A stretch of DNA of 64,000 bases from Flavobacteriales bacterium (GCA_046306055.1 JBKDXR010000058.1:110792-174791), one strand, 5' to 3'; counted from the first letter of the stretch, positions 47,862 through 58,003 are shown. Program-made: numbers and translations. The notes: generated by a model from the sequence alone, not told the origin.

Positions 47862-48569
47862 ATGAACTTTCGTTCCCTTCACTTGATAGCTAGTGTCGTA
47901 CTGGGCCTTTGGTCCTGCGGCATGTTCGCCCAAACGGACGGCGGCTTTCATGTGCTGCAGGCCAACGTGATCAATGGCGATACGGTCCCCTTGGTGCAAC
48001 TGCCCGAGACCCGGGTGGAGGCCCGTTGGCGCCCACGCGACCGGCGCGAAGCGGCCCGGTACGACAAGTTGACGCGCAACATCATCCGGGTGTATCCCTA
48101 TGCGCGCATCACCGGCGAACTGCTGCGGGAGTATGAGCACGATCTGACACAGATCCAACGGGAGAGCGATCAGGACCTGTACCTGAAACTTGCCGAGGCC
48201 GAACTGCGCGCCGAGTTCGAGGAGGAGGTGAAGGACCTGACCATGAGCCAGGGCCGGGTGCTCATCAAGTTGATCGACCGCGAGACCGGCAAGACATCCT
48301 TTGACCTGGTGCGCCAGCTGCGCGGGTCGTTCACGGCGTTCGTATGGCAGGGCCTGGCCCGTTTGTTCGGCCATGACCTGCGCAGCACCTACGACCCGGA
48401 AGGCGAGGACCGTATGATGGAGCTGGTGGTGCAACGCATAGAGCGGGGCGAACTGGCCGTGGCCCCCAGGGCGGCACGTACGGCCAAGGCCCAGGCCCGA
48501 TTGGAAAAGCGCAAGGCCCGGTTGTACCGCAAGTACGGCCTTCCCTTGGAGCCAGTGAGCGCCAATTGA
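47862..48569 (+). CDS. DUF4294 family secreted protein
   Basis: Signal peptide. ARYDKLTRNIIRVYPYARI...MSQGRVLIKLIDRETG pattern typical of DUF4294. Confidence 0.55.
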   Translation: MNFRSLHLIASVVLGLWSCGMFAQTDGGFHVLQANVINGDTVPLVQLPETRVEARWRPRDRREAARYDKLTRNIIRVYPYARITGELLREYEHDLTQIQRESDQDLYLKLAEAELRAEFEEEVKDLTMSQGRVLIKLIDRETGKTSFDLVRQLRGSFTAFVWQGLARLFGHDLRSTYDPEGEDRMMELVVQRIERGELAVAPRAARTAKAQARLEKRKARLYRKYGLPLEPVSAN

Positions 48570-48579
48570 AAGTGCTTGC

Positions 48580-49070
48580 TCAGAGCATGAGCTCCATCAC
48601 GAAGTCGTCCATCACGTAGCCCTGCCCGATGGGGATCACTTCCTCGCGAACGGTCCGGAAGCCCTGGCGCTCATACCATTGCTTGGCCGGGTTGTACTTG
48701 TTCACGTTCAGTTCAATGGCCTCAGCGCTTTTGGTTCGGGACTCGTCCAGTACTGCTTCCAGCAGGGCATGCCCCACGCCTGAGCCTTTCACACCGGGCA
48801 GGACATAGAGTTTATGCAACCGCGAACGGCCTGACCCTTTGTAACGGTGTTCCACGGTGGCAAAACCGATTGCGATCCCGCCCTCTTCCGCCAATAGGAA
48901 GCGGTGGCCTTTGTGCCGCAGCTGCTCGACCAGCACGGACTCGTCATACATGCGGTCCAGCATGTATGCCAATTGCTCTTTGGAAAGGATCGTGGCATAG
49001 GCCACGGGCCATCCGGCATGGGCAATGGCCCGGATCGCCGGGATGTCGCCCAATTCGGCCGTTCGAACGG

Positions 49071-49074
<4 letters not shown>
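48580..49074 (-). CDS. GNAT family N-acetyltransferase
   Basis: 164 aa; acetyl-CoA-binding motif A (VLPGVKGSGVGHALL). Confidence 0.8.
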
Positions 49075-49958
<884 letters not shown>

Positions 49959-50062
49959 GGGTTCACGGAATGGACGGCGAAGGTAACCCGCAGTGTTGTT
50001 CAGCAAGGCGTTGCAGTTAGGCCATGTGAGGTCTAATTTGCACCAATTCAGATCCACCTCCC

Positions 50063-52036
50063 ATGCGCACAATGGTACTCCTGGTCTCGCAACTGTTCAC
50101 GGTCCTTGTGTCCGCCCAGCAGCAGGTCTTCTTCGAGGATTTCGAGGCACCCATGCCCGCGTTCGCACCGAACACGCCCGATGTGGGTTCGGTCACCTCG
50201 GGGGACAATACCTGGTTGATCAATAACGCCTATTCCGGAGGCAACGGGACCATCACCTGCCTGGGCTTTCCGTTCTCCTTCACCGTGCCCACCACGGCGG
50301 CACAGCCGGGAGGCATCACTACGCCCAACGGACGTTACCTGCACACCACCAGCACGGCGGCCATCGCCAGTGGTGTGCAGAACTGCTGCTTCGTGGCCGC
50401 CGATGGCCTGTGTGCCCAACCGGCCAATCATTTCGCGCGGATGACACTGGACGTGAGCACCATCGGCGCTGCTAGCGCCACCCTCACGTTCTGGTGGCTG
50501 TGCGGCGGCGGCACCAGCAACTACGGCGAAGTGTATTACAGCACGAACTCAGGCACCACCTGGAACCTGATCTCCACGCCCATTGCCCAATACCGGAACC
50601 AATCCACATGGACACAGCAGACCATCACCCTTCCCGAACTTGGTGGGCAGTCCACCTTGCGTTTCGGGTTCCGGTTCGTGAACGGCACCACACTCAGCGC
50701 ACAGGACCCCGGCTTCGGCATCGATGATGTGCGCATCACCGTGCCTACTTCGGTCACCAACACCATCACTACTGGTGATCTGGCCTCTTCGTTGATCTGC
50801 CAAGGGGCTTCGATCGGTGTGCCTTACACGGCAACCGGGACCTGGGGAGCGGGCAACGTGTTCACGCTCCAACTCTCCGATGCCAGTGGCAGCTTCGCGG
50901 CTCCGGTCGCCATCGGCACCTTGGCGTCCAATGCGTCCGGTACCGTTCCCGGCCTTGTGCCTGCGAACACCCCGCCGGGTGCGGGTTATCGCTTGCGGGT
51001 CGTAGGTAGCGATCCGCTCACCGTTGGCGTTGTGGGCAGCATCAGCTACGAGGTGGTGCCGGCGCCATTCGCTGGTGATGATGCCACGGTATCGCTCTGC
51101 AAGAACACGGGCACCTACGATCTCTTCGCCTTCCTCAGTGGAGCACCGGCCACCTGTGGATCTTGGTCGGGGCCCCAAGGGGCGGTCCCTTCCGGTCTGA
51201 TCAACACGGCCACGGACGTTGGCGGCCAATACGTGTTCACCACGGCATGCCCGGGCGGTTGTCCGCAGGATGAGGCCACCCTCGCCATTACGCTGTTCGA
51301 TCCGGCGAACGCAGGCATCGATGTGGCCTTGTCCGAATGCGACGATAACCTGCCCGCTACCCTGTACGGCTACGTGAGCGGTGGCAGTCTTTCCGGCATC
51401 TTCTTCCTGAACGAGCAGCCTGTCACCAATTCCATCCTACAGAACGCAGGTGTGTATCCGTTGCATTACGTGGTCTATGGCACAGGACCTTGTGCGAACG
51501 ACACCGCTTCGATAACGATCACCGTGAACCCCGCGCCGAACGCGGGCGTGAGCACCACCTTCACGGCTTGCGTGAACGGTAGCCCGGTCGACCTGATCAA
51601 CCTGCTGGCCGGAGCCGATGAAGGAGGCACATGGGAAGCCCCCGGAGGGGGGGCGTTCGCAGGGACCTTGGTACCTTCCACTGGCTTATCAGGGCTTTAC
51701 ACGTACACCGTCCCGGGAACAGCACCCTGCATGGATGCGCAGGCCTTCGTTGCCGTGGTGATCGATCCCTGCCTGGGCATTGGCGATTCGGTCGAATTGC
51801 CCGCGATCCAATGGGGAGGCCAACAGACCGAAGGACACCTGCTGATCATGCCGGATGATCATCGTGTGCTGGACGTGATCACTACGAACGGTAACCGCGT
51901 GGACCATCGAAGGATCCCCTCGTCCCAGGGTCGCCAATGGCTTCAACTGGCAGAAGCTTCCAGCGGAGCCTATTGCGTTCGCATTTCGGGTCCGGAAGGC
52001 GTGCGTGTGCTTCGCTTGTTGCATACGGCCCAGTAG
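50063..52036 (+). CDS. T9SS-secreted surface protein: MAM/choice-of-anchor-J-like N-domain, Ig-like repeats, C-terminal Por_Secre_tail sorting domain
   Basis: Signal peptide. N-domain FFEDFE...YYSTNSGTTWNLI...GIDDVRIT; a Thr/Gly/Ser-rich middle; C-terminus ...GAYCVRISGPEGVRVLRLLHTAQ, which is type-A CTD-like. Confidence 0.65.
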   Translation: MRTMVLLVSQLFTVLVSAQQQVFFEDFEAPMPAFAPNTPDVGSVTSGDNTWLINNAYSGGNGTITCLGFPFSFTVPTTAAQPGGITTPNGRYLHTTSTAAIASGVQNCCFVAADGLCAQPANHFARMTLDVSTIGAASATLTFWWLCGGGTSNYGEVYYSTNSGTTWNLISTPIAQYRNQSTWTQQTITLPELGGQSTLRFGFRFVNGTTLSAQDPGFGIDDVRITVPTSVTNTITTGDLASSLICQGASIGVPYTATGTWGAGNVFTLQLSDASGSFAAPVAIGTLASNASGTVPGLVPANTPPGAGYRLRVVGSDPLTVGVVGSISYEVVPAPFAGDDATVSLCKNTGTYDLFAFLSGAPATCGSWSGPQGAVPSGLINTATDVGGQYVFTTACPGGCPQDEATLAITLFDPANAGIDVALSECDDNLPATLYGYVSGGSLSGIFFLNEQPVTNSILQNAGVYPLHYVVYGTGPCANDTASITITVNPAPNAGVSTTFTACVNGSPVDLINLLAGADEGGTWEAPGGGAFAGTLVPSTGLSGLYTYTVPGTAPCMDAQAFVAVVIDPCLGIGDSVELPAIQWGGQQTEGHLLIMPDDHRVLDVITTNGNRVDHRRIPSSQGRQWLQLAEASSGAYCVRISGPEGVRVLRLLHTAQ

Positions 52037-52315
52037 AAACGGGCGGTGCACAACTTGTGGATAAGCCGGGGTCGAAAAACTTGATGAGCACCCGCTCCTG
52101 AGGGTACTTTCGGATCACCAATGTTCTTTGTGTCATTCGATCGTGCTGTAACGCACAACGGGTAAGGGTTGAGGCAAATCGTGAGCTACGGCTTACGGCG
52201 GGTTTGGTAAGAAACCCCGCATCAACCTTGGGCGGCATGCCAGACGTGTCCCCGAACCGGATCGCACCTTGGATGCATTCATCCAAGGAGGGCGCAGGGG
52301 ATGAGGGCATACGAT

Positions 52316-52380
52316 GGGGACCACGGTCAACATCGGATGGGAGCGGGGATCGCCAAAACGGTGGTCCCCGCTTCATTTTT
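52316..52380 (+). terminator. Stem-loop followed by a T-run (possible intrinsic terminator or ncRNA 3' end) inside the long intergenic region
   Basis: GGGGACCACGG ... CGGTGGTCCCC (one mismatch) followed by GCTTCATTTTT. Confidence 0.3.
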
Positions 52381-52419
52381 CACCTGCGCTCCACACTGCG
52401 CTGATGTTCCGGTGATGAA

Positions 52420-52433
52420 CACGATCGATCGTG
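52420..52433. promoter_or_regulatory. Perfect 14-bp palindrome CACGATCGATCGTG (candidate operator) ~45 nt upstream of the -7 box of the PhoH2 gene
   Basis: Exact dyad symmetry, seen directly in the sequence. Confidence 0.3.
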
Positions 52434-52478
52434 GATAAGTGCGATCCAATTGGACCCCGCTTCCGGAAAAGCTGCGGA

Positions 52479-52486
52479 TAGCTTTG
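52479..52486 (+). promoter_or_regulatory. Bacteroidota-type -7 promoter box TAGCTTTG (TAnnTTTG) 23 nt upstream of the PhoH2 start
   Basis: A perfect match to the sigma-A(Bfr) -7 consensus at the typical distance from the start codon. Confidence 0.45.
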
Positions 52487-52508
52487 ATGCACACCGTTCC
52501 TTGATCGA

Positions 52509-53843
52509 ATGAAGAAAAAAGACCGCAAGATCTTCGTACTGGATACATCCGTGATCCTCTACGACCACTCGGCCATCGAGAATTTCGAAGAGCACGACGT
52601 GGCCATCCCCATACAAGTCCTGGAAGAGCTCGATACGTTCAAGAAAGGAAATGACACCATCAACTTCGAAGCCCGGGAGTTCATCCGGCATCTGGACGAC
52701 ATCGCAAAGACCGATGTGCTGACCGATTGGATACCGCTGAACGGGCCATCGCACGGCAAGTTCAAGGTGGTGGCCAAGCATGACCTGAACGGGGTGGATG
52801 CCACCAAGGTCTTTGCCGACGGCAAGAACGACCACCAGATCCTGAACGCCACCCTCACCCTGCAACGCCAGAACCCCGGCCGCAAGGTGGTGCTGGTCAC
52901 CAAGGACATCGCGCTCCGCCTGAAGGCCAAGAGCCTGAACCTGCTGTCCGAGGATTACCTCACGGGCAAGGTTCGCGATGTGCGCGAGAAGCTGTACACC
53001 GGCCGCACCGTGGTGGACGATTACTCCGAGGAACAGATCGATCGGTTGTTCTCCGAAGGCAGTATCGAGGTCTCGGAGCTGGGCGTGGAAAAGCCCAAAG
53101 GCAACCACTTTTTCATCCTGAAGCACAAGAAGAAGAGCATCCTTGCGAAGTTCGACCCGCGCACCGGACGCGTGGACCGGGTGGAGAAGCAGAGCGTGTT
53201 CGGTATCGGTCCCAAGAACGCGGAGCAGGCCCTGGCCATGAGCGCCTTGCTGGACCCGGAGATCAAGCTGGTGACCCTGCAGGGTGCGGCCGGCACGGGC
53301 AAGACCCTGCTCGCTTTGGCCTGTGCCTTGGAGCAACGACGGGAATATCGACAGATCTACGTGACGCGTCCCGTTGTGCCATTGAGCAACAAGGATATCG
53401 GTTACCTGCCCGGCGATATCCAGAGCAAGCTGGACCCGTACATGCAACCCTTGTGGGACAACCTCAAGTTGATCAAGGGCCAGTTCGAGAAGCACGACAG
53501 TACGCCGAAACGCATCGATGAGATGCTCGAGAACGAGAAGATCGCCATCGCGCCACTGGCCTATATCCGAGGTCGCAGCCTGGCCAACATCTTCTTTATC
53601 GTGGATGAGGCCCAGAACCTGACGCCGCTGGAAGTAAAGACCGTGATCAGCCGCGCCGGCGAGGGCACCAAGATCGTGTTCACCGGTGATGTGCACCAGA
53701 TCGACACACCCTTCCTGGATACGGAGAGCAATGGCCTCAGCTACCTGATCGACAAGGCCAAGGGTGATCCGCTGTTCGCACACATCACCTTGGAGAAAGG
53801 CGAACGCAGTCCGCTGGCCAACCTGGCGAATGACCTGCTCTGA
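52509..53843 (+). CDS. PhoH2-type protein: N-terminal PIN domain fused to a PhoH-like ATPase
   Basis: PIN (KIFVLDTSVILYD...IPIQVLEELD), Walker A GAAGTGKT, and the PhoH C-terminal signature. Confidence 0.85.
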   Translation: MKKKDRKIFVLDTSVILYDHSAIENFEEHDVAIPIQVLEELDTFKKGNDTINFEAREFIRHLDDIAKTDVLTDWIPLNGPSHGKFKVVAKHDLNGVDATKVFADGKNDHQILNATLTLQRQNPGRKVVLVTKDIALRLKAKSLNLLSEDYLTGKVRDVREKLYTGRTVVDDYSEEQIDRLFSEGSIEVSELGVEKPKGNHFFILKHKKKSILAKFDPRTGRVDRVEKQSVFGIGPKNAEQALAMSALLDPEIKLVTLQGAAGTGKTLLALACALEQRREYRQIYVTRPVVPLSNKDIGYLPGDIQSKLDPYMQPLWDNLKLIKGQFEKHDSTPKRIDEMLENEKIAIAPLAYIRGRSLANIFFIVDEAQNLTPLEVKTVISRAGEGTKIVFTGDVHQIDTPFLDTESNGLSYLIDKAKGDPLFAHITLEKGERSPLANLANDLL

Positions 53844-53877
53844 ACGTTTCGATCTTACCCATCAGCACCCAACGAAA

Positions 53878-53899
53878 GAACCCCGCGATCGCGGGGTTC
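53878..53899. terminator. Bidirectional hairpin terminator between convergent genes
   Basis: GAACCCCGCGATCGCGGGGTTC is a perfect 22-nt palindrome. It lies 34 nt after the PhoH2 stop and 23 nt after the stop of the minus-strand gene. Confidence 0.6.
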
Positions 53900-53922
53900 T
53901 GTCGTTCATGGAGGGGATGTGA

Positions 53923-54321
53923 TCAGAAAAGGTCCTTCACCTCAATGAAGTTGAAGTCCAGATTGAAGAAGCTTTGATAATCCTTGCCGGTCTCTGCCAT
54001 TTCCTCATCACCGGTCTCGTAGTGCCAGTTCACCTGAACGCGTTGTCCCCGTTCGCTCACGGCATCGAGCTTTTGGAAGATGTTATAGAGGTGCTTGGAG
54101 GAGCTGGTGTCCAGGTAGTCCAACCGCATGTTCACCGTGGTTTCCACCTTGGGGGCGCGCAGGTACTCATCAAGCCAGTTGTACACGCGGTGGTAGAACT
54201 GCTCGGAATTGTGCGGCAATGAACGCCCTATGAACTCGAGTAGTCCTTGGTCGAGATCAAGGTCCACCTCGGGCGAGGTCTCTGTACGTTCAATGTGGAA
54301 TCGCTTCATGGCCTCGGTCAT
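53923..54321 (-). CDS. DUF1987 (SiaC-like) protein
   Basis: LEFIGRSLPHNSEQFYHRVYNWLDEYL...RLDYLDTSSSKHLYNIF...VQVNWHYETGDEEM...FNLDFNF matches the DUF1987 pattern (FxGxSxPEN...WL..Y...L.YxNTSS.K...). Confidence 0.55.
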   Translation of the reverse strand: MTEAMKRFHIERTETSPEVDLDLDQGLLEFIGRSLPHNSEQFYHRVYNWLDEYLRAPKVETTVNMRLDYLDTSSSKHLYNIFQKLDAVSERGQRVQVNWHYETGDEEMAETGKDYQSFFNLDFNFIEVKDLF

Positions 54322-54413
54322 TACAACACATCAAAGGTGCTGTTGCGTGGCCGAGGGATATGGTTGGAAAAGAACCTTGGACCAACACCCCGATGTTGAT
54401 CGGTGGCGTTGGC

Positions 54414-54824
54414 CTATCGGCTGCGGTACTCCGTAACGATCTCGTGGTCCGAGGGAAGAATGATCTCCGTGTCGTTCACACGACGCACCCAGTAGAGGTA
54501 TTTGCCGGTGCCCTGACAGGCGAACACGGTCAAGACCTCATTGCCGGAAAGCGTGCGCACCGGGAAGATCCGCCATGTACCGTTCTTTTCCTGAACGGCC
54601 ACTTTCACCTCCACGAGGTCCGTACAGGTGTTCTTGAGGTCCACGCTGTAGGTGCCGCTGAAATCACGTTTGTATCCGTCCTTGTAGATCTCGCACTTCT
54701 CACAGGGCGCTCCCCAGCGGCTGGCGGTCTTGATCAGGCAATCCGCAGGGTCGCGGTCCTGGGCACCTGCCCAGAACGCCATCAGCACACCAAGGATGAG
54801 CAGAAGGGTCTTCTTCACGGTCAT
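54414..54824 (-). CDS. Hypothetical secreted Cys-containing protein
   Basis: Signal peptide MTVKKTLLLILGVLMAFWAGAQ; 8 Cys. Its ATG overlaps the stop of the upstream TPR gene. Confidence 0.45.
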   Translation of the reverse strand: MTVKKTLLLILGVLMAFWAGAQDRDPADCLIKTASRWGAPCEKCEIYKDGYKRDFSGTYSVDLKNTCTDLVEVKVAVQEKNGTWRIFPVRTLSGNEVLTVFACQGTGKYLYWVRRVNDTEIILPSDHEIVTEYRSR

Positions 54825-55354
54825 TTGCAGCGGTTGTTGTTCAGGATGATCTTGGCTTCCGCATTTCCCATGCGCTGGCTGCTTCGCCAGGCCTTGCAAG
54901 CACTGTCCATGTCGCCCTTTGCTTTGTAGGCCCAGCCTTTGTTGTTCCAAGCCTCCTCATTCCGGGGGTCAAGGCTAATCACCATTTCAAGGTCCGCCAA
55001 GGCCTTGTCGTGCTCTCCGGACCTGAGATATGAACTGCCGCGTGTGGTATACGCCAAGGCATGGGTGGGCTCCCGTTCGATCACCAGGGTGAGGTCCTTG
55101 ATCGCATCGGCGTACTGCTTCAGCATCACCAAACAGAAAGCCCTGTTCAAGTAGGCGTTCAGGTGTGTCGGGTCCAAGGCGATCGCTTCCGTGAAGTACA
55201 CCACGGCCTCGGTATGGTCACCACGGCGAAAGGCCTGTTCGCCCTGCTCATAAGCGCCCTTGTTCGTGGTCGATGTACGCGCCTCTGCCATGTACTGGGC
55301 CCTGCTCATGAATACGGCAAGGAACATGAAGGCCAGAACAAGCGATGAGCGCAT
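54821..55354 (-). CDS. TPR-repeat secreted protein
   Basis: Signal peptide MRSSLVLAFMFLAVFMSRAQ; three or four TPR units. Confidence 0.65.
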   Translation of the reverse strand: MRSSLVLAFMFLAVFMSRAQYMAEARTSTTNKGAYEQGEQAFRRGDHTEAVVYFTEAIALDPTHLNAYLNRAFCLVMLKQYADAIKDLTLVIEREPTHALAYTTRGSSYLRSGEHDKALADLEMVISLDPRNEEAWNNKGWAYKAKGDMDSACKAWRSSQRMGNAEAKIILNNNRCK

Positions 55355-55398
55355 GATGGGGTTTATCGGATAAGGCCCTGTTACGTCGTGGACCGGCC

Positions 55399-55830
55399 TC
55401 AAGGTTTCGATGCGGGCATGCAGGTGAGCGAACGACGCTCTTCGATGAGCACCACGAGTGTCCGTTGGACCCGCTGCAACTGCGCGGCCGAAAGTGTTGT
55501 GGGAAGTGCCGTGCGCCCCGACCTGATGGTGGATGCCGTGCGGAACTGTTCCTTGGCAATGCACCTTCCCGAAGCCCCCGTACAACCGAACACCAACTGC
55601 GCGGACAACGTGTCCGATCGCACCGCTGCGGGGTCCAGGTCGGCAAGCGGGGCCAGGTATTGAGCGATCCTACGGCCGTCGTCGATATGGTCCATGACCA
55701 GCCTGTCGTGTTGGTCGATCCGAAAGGTCGTGCTGCCGCCAAGGAGCGCGTTCAGCGTATCCAATGCGGGTTGCGCCCGGCCAGCGAGCGCTTGAAAGAA
55801 CAGGGGTAGCAGTATGATCCGCAGTGGCAT
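55399..55830 (-). CDS. Hypothetical secreted protein
   Basis: Signal peptide MPLRIILLPLFFQALAGRAQ. Confidence 0.4.
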   Translation of the reverse strand: MPLRIILLPLFFQALAGRAQPALDTLNALLGGSTTFRIDQHDRLVMDHIDDGRRIAQYLAPLADLDPAAVRSDTLSAQLVFGCTGASGRCIAKEQFRTASTIRSGRTALPTTLSAAQLQRVQRTLVVLIEERRSLTCMPASKP

Positions 55831-55893
55831 GGGAGAACCCTTGGGCCCGTTCGTACGTAAACCCGCGTCGCAGGTTCAACCTGTGGCAAACCG

Positions 55894-57105
55894 ATGGCCT
55901 ACCGAACGCATCACTTCAGGGCACTATTCACCTGCTTCCTCCTGCTGGCCGGCACGTTGGTGCTGGGTCAGGGCAAGTTCACCGTGAACGGCCGAATGAA
56001 GATCGAAGGAAGTGACCTGTCCGGGGCACGTGCCGTCATCTACAAGAACGGCGAGAAGGATCGCACGGTCACAACCAACCTGAACAAGTTCACGTTGGAA
56101 CTCGACCTGAACGAGAACTATGTCATCTCGTTCGAGAAGCCTGGTTTCGTGGCCAAGAAGCTCTCGTTCAACACACGCGTACCCGCTGATGCGGTCACCA
56201 AGGGCTTCACGCCGTTCGAGTTCGCTGTTTCCTTGTTCAAACAGTACGACGACATCAATATCGTGGTCTTCAACCAACCCGTGGGGGTGATCCGATATGA
56301 GAGCGGACTGGGCGATTTCGATTACGATACGGACTACACGAAGTCGATCCAATCGCAACTACAACAGGTGTTGGCAGAGGTGGAGAAACGGCAGAAGGAG
56401 GAGGCCCAGCAAGCCAAGGCCCAGGCCGCTGCCGATGCCAAGGCCCAGGCCGAAGCGAAGAAACAGGCGGATGCCCAGGCCGCAGCCGATGCCAAGGCCC
56501 AGGCTGAAGCGAAGAAGCAGGCGGATGCCGCAGCCAAGGCCGAACGGGAAGTCCAGGAGGTCGCACGTAAAGCGGAGGAGGCCCGCCTTGCGGAAGCTGA
56601 ACGTGCCGAGGCGGAGAAGCCCAGGCCGGTGGCCGCAAAGCCCAAGGAGGAGGCTCGACCTGTGCCGCCACCGGTGAAGGCCACACCAGCCCCGGTGCCG
56701 GTCGCCACCAAACCACCACCGGTAGTGCCTCAGCGCAACCATGCCATGGCCAAGGCCCACGAGGATTCCGACACCCGCCGCACCACGGTCCCGATCGAAG
56801 CAGGAGAGGCTTCGCCTGTGGCACTGGCCCGGCCGGTCGCAGCAGAGGAGGTTCAGCCCGTGGCGGTGAATGAGGAGGCGGTGACCGTGCGGAATGAAGA
56901 GCTCGTGGTTGAACCCAATAAAGTGATGACCATCATCCGGCTGGAGACCAACGGGGTTACGACCGAGTATCGCAAGGTGATCCACAAGTGGGGTACCACG
57001 TACTACTTCCGCAATGGTCAACCTTGTACGCAGCTCGTCTATGAGCAGGAGGTCTTGACGGAGGACCGTCTGGCCGGTGCAATGCCGCGGGCCAAACTGC
57101 CCTGA
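55894..57105 (+). CDS. Secreted repeat protein: CarboxypepD_reg-like N-domain, Ala/Lys/Gln-rich tandem-repeat coiled-coil, Pro-rich linker, conserved C-domain
   Basis: Signal peptide. The N-domain is paralogous to 38711..39220. Two perfect or near-perfect 18-aa repeats AQAAADAKAQAEAKKQAD. Confidence 0.6.
   Translation: MAYRTHHFRALFTCFLLLAGTLVLGQGKFTVNGRMKIEGSDLSGARAVIYKNGEKDRTVTTNLNKFTLELDLNENYVISFEKPGFVAKKLSFNTRVPADAVTKGFTPFEFAVSLFKQYDDINIVVFNQPVGVIRYESGLGDFDYDTDYTKSIQSQLQQVLAEVEKRQKEEAQQAKAQAAADAKAQAEAKKQADAQAAADAKAQAEAKKQADAAAKAEREVQEVARKAEEARLAEAERAEAEKPRPVAAKPKEEARPVPPPVKATPAPVPVATKPPPVVPQRNHAMAKAHEDSDTRRTTVPIEAGEASPVALARPVAAEEVQPVAVNEEAVTVRNEELVVEPNKVMTIIRLETNGVTTEYRKVIHKWGTTYYFRNGQPCTQLVYEQEVLTEDRLAGAMPRAKLP
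56419..56526 (+). repeat. Two tandem 54-nt (18-codon) repeats inside the CDS, ~94% identical
   Basis: GCCCAGGCCGC(T/A)GCCGATGCCAAGGCCCAGGC(C/T)GAAGCGAAGAA(A/G)CAGGCGGAT, twice. Additional degenerate GCCAAGGCCCAGGC units flank them. Confidence 0.7.
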
Positions 57106-57126
57106 TCCGTTCCCGACCTTTGGGGC

Positions 57127-57567
57127 ATGCCCCCGCGCAGCTACCTACGTGATGGCCGTGCCCCAGTGCCTGCCGATGAGCGCATAAGCGCGGTCATGAG
57201 CCGCATCCGGCTCAAGCACACCACACCCGAACTGCTGGTGCGCAAAGCGCTAAGGTCGATCGGGTTGACCGGTTATCGCCTTCATTATACGAAGGTGCCC
57301 GGCAAACCGGACATTGCATTCGTAGGGCGCAAGGTGGCGGTGTTCGTGAACGGTTGTTTCTGGCACGGATGCCCCCATTGCCGACCCCGGCGACCGCGAA
57401 CGCATCAAGGCTTCTGGAACGCCAAGCTGGACCGTAACATGGAACGCGATGCGGAGAAGACCAAGGCGCTGGAACGGTCCGGATGGAAGGTGGTCACGCT
57501 ATGGGAATGCCGCGTGAAGCAGAATGCCGACCGGGAGGCCGCACGCGTAGCATGGCTATTGGCCTGA
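57127..57567 (+). CDS. vsr: Very-short-patch repair endonuclease
   Basis: PELLVRKAL...GYRLHYTKVPGKPDIAF...VFVNGCFWHGCP...WKVVTLWEC, the canonical Vsr motifs. Confidence 0.85.
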   Translation: MPPRSYLRDGRAPVPADERISAVMSRIRLKHTTPELLVRKALRSIGLTGYRLHYTKVPGKPDIAFVGRKVAVFVNGCFWHGCPHCRPRRPRTHQGFWNAKLDRNMERDAEKTKALERSGWKVVTLWECRVKQNADREAARVAWLLA

Positions 57568-57933
57568 TGCCTTGCGCTTGCCGAACAAGCGGCCGAAGAA
57601 CCGCTTCTCGAAGGCCCAGAAAAAGCTGAACTGGCCGAACAGCGCTCCATAGATCAGGAGCACCACATTGTACAACGGAAGGATGAGCACATAGTAAAGC
57701 ACCGAGAAGATCAGGGGCGCGTCACCCTCTCCGGTCACCCAGGCGACAATGGGTTTTTTCAGGAACATGACCGTGAATCCGGTGCAGGCGAACACCAACA
57801 GGATCACCAGCACACGCGAGGGCGCAACGCCCCAGCGCTCACCCAAACGGGCCATCCAACCCTTGTTGCCTCCCTTCGCTTGGTCCATCGGCATTCGGCT
57901 GGCGAAGTTCGCGGTTCCGCTATGATCACTCAT
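57556..57933 (-). CDS. Hypothetical small membrane protein
   Basis: Three TM helices (VLVILLVFACTGFTVMF..., LIFSVLYYVLILPLYNVVLLIYGALFG). The start is chosen at an internal Met. Confidence 0.4.
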   Translation of the reverse strand: MSDHSGTANFASRMPMDQAKGGNKGWMARLGERWGVAPSRVLVILLVFACTGFTVMFLKKPIVAWVTGEGDAPLIFSVLYYVLILPLYNVVLLIYGALFGQFSFFWAFEKRFFGRLFGKRKASGQ

Positions 57934-58003
57934 GGTAATTACGGAACAACCGTGTTCCCTGTTCGTTCGGTCAGCCTCCGGAACGCGGCCGATCGGCAAA
58001 GGC

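Noticed and set aside
52037-52508. Considered tmRNA, RNase P RNA, SRP RNA or 6S RNA in the long structured spacer.
   Set aside because: There is no GGAUUCGAC / tRNA-like 3' end for tmRNA and no GGAAAGUCCGG P4 motif for RNase P. Lengths and motifs do not fit SRP or 6S. Kept only as an unclassified candidate.
56270-57021. Minus-strand ORFs 56270..56824, 56334..56711 and 56359..57021 in the repeat region.
   Set aside because: They are generated by the Ala/Lys/Gln-rich repeat read in other frames (Pro/Gly/Leu runs). The plus-strand gene has a signal peptide and a homologous N-domain.
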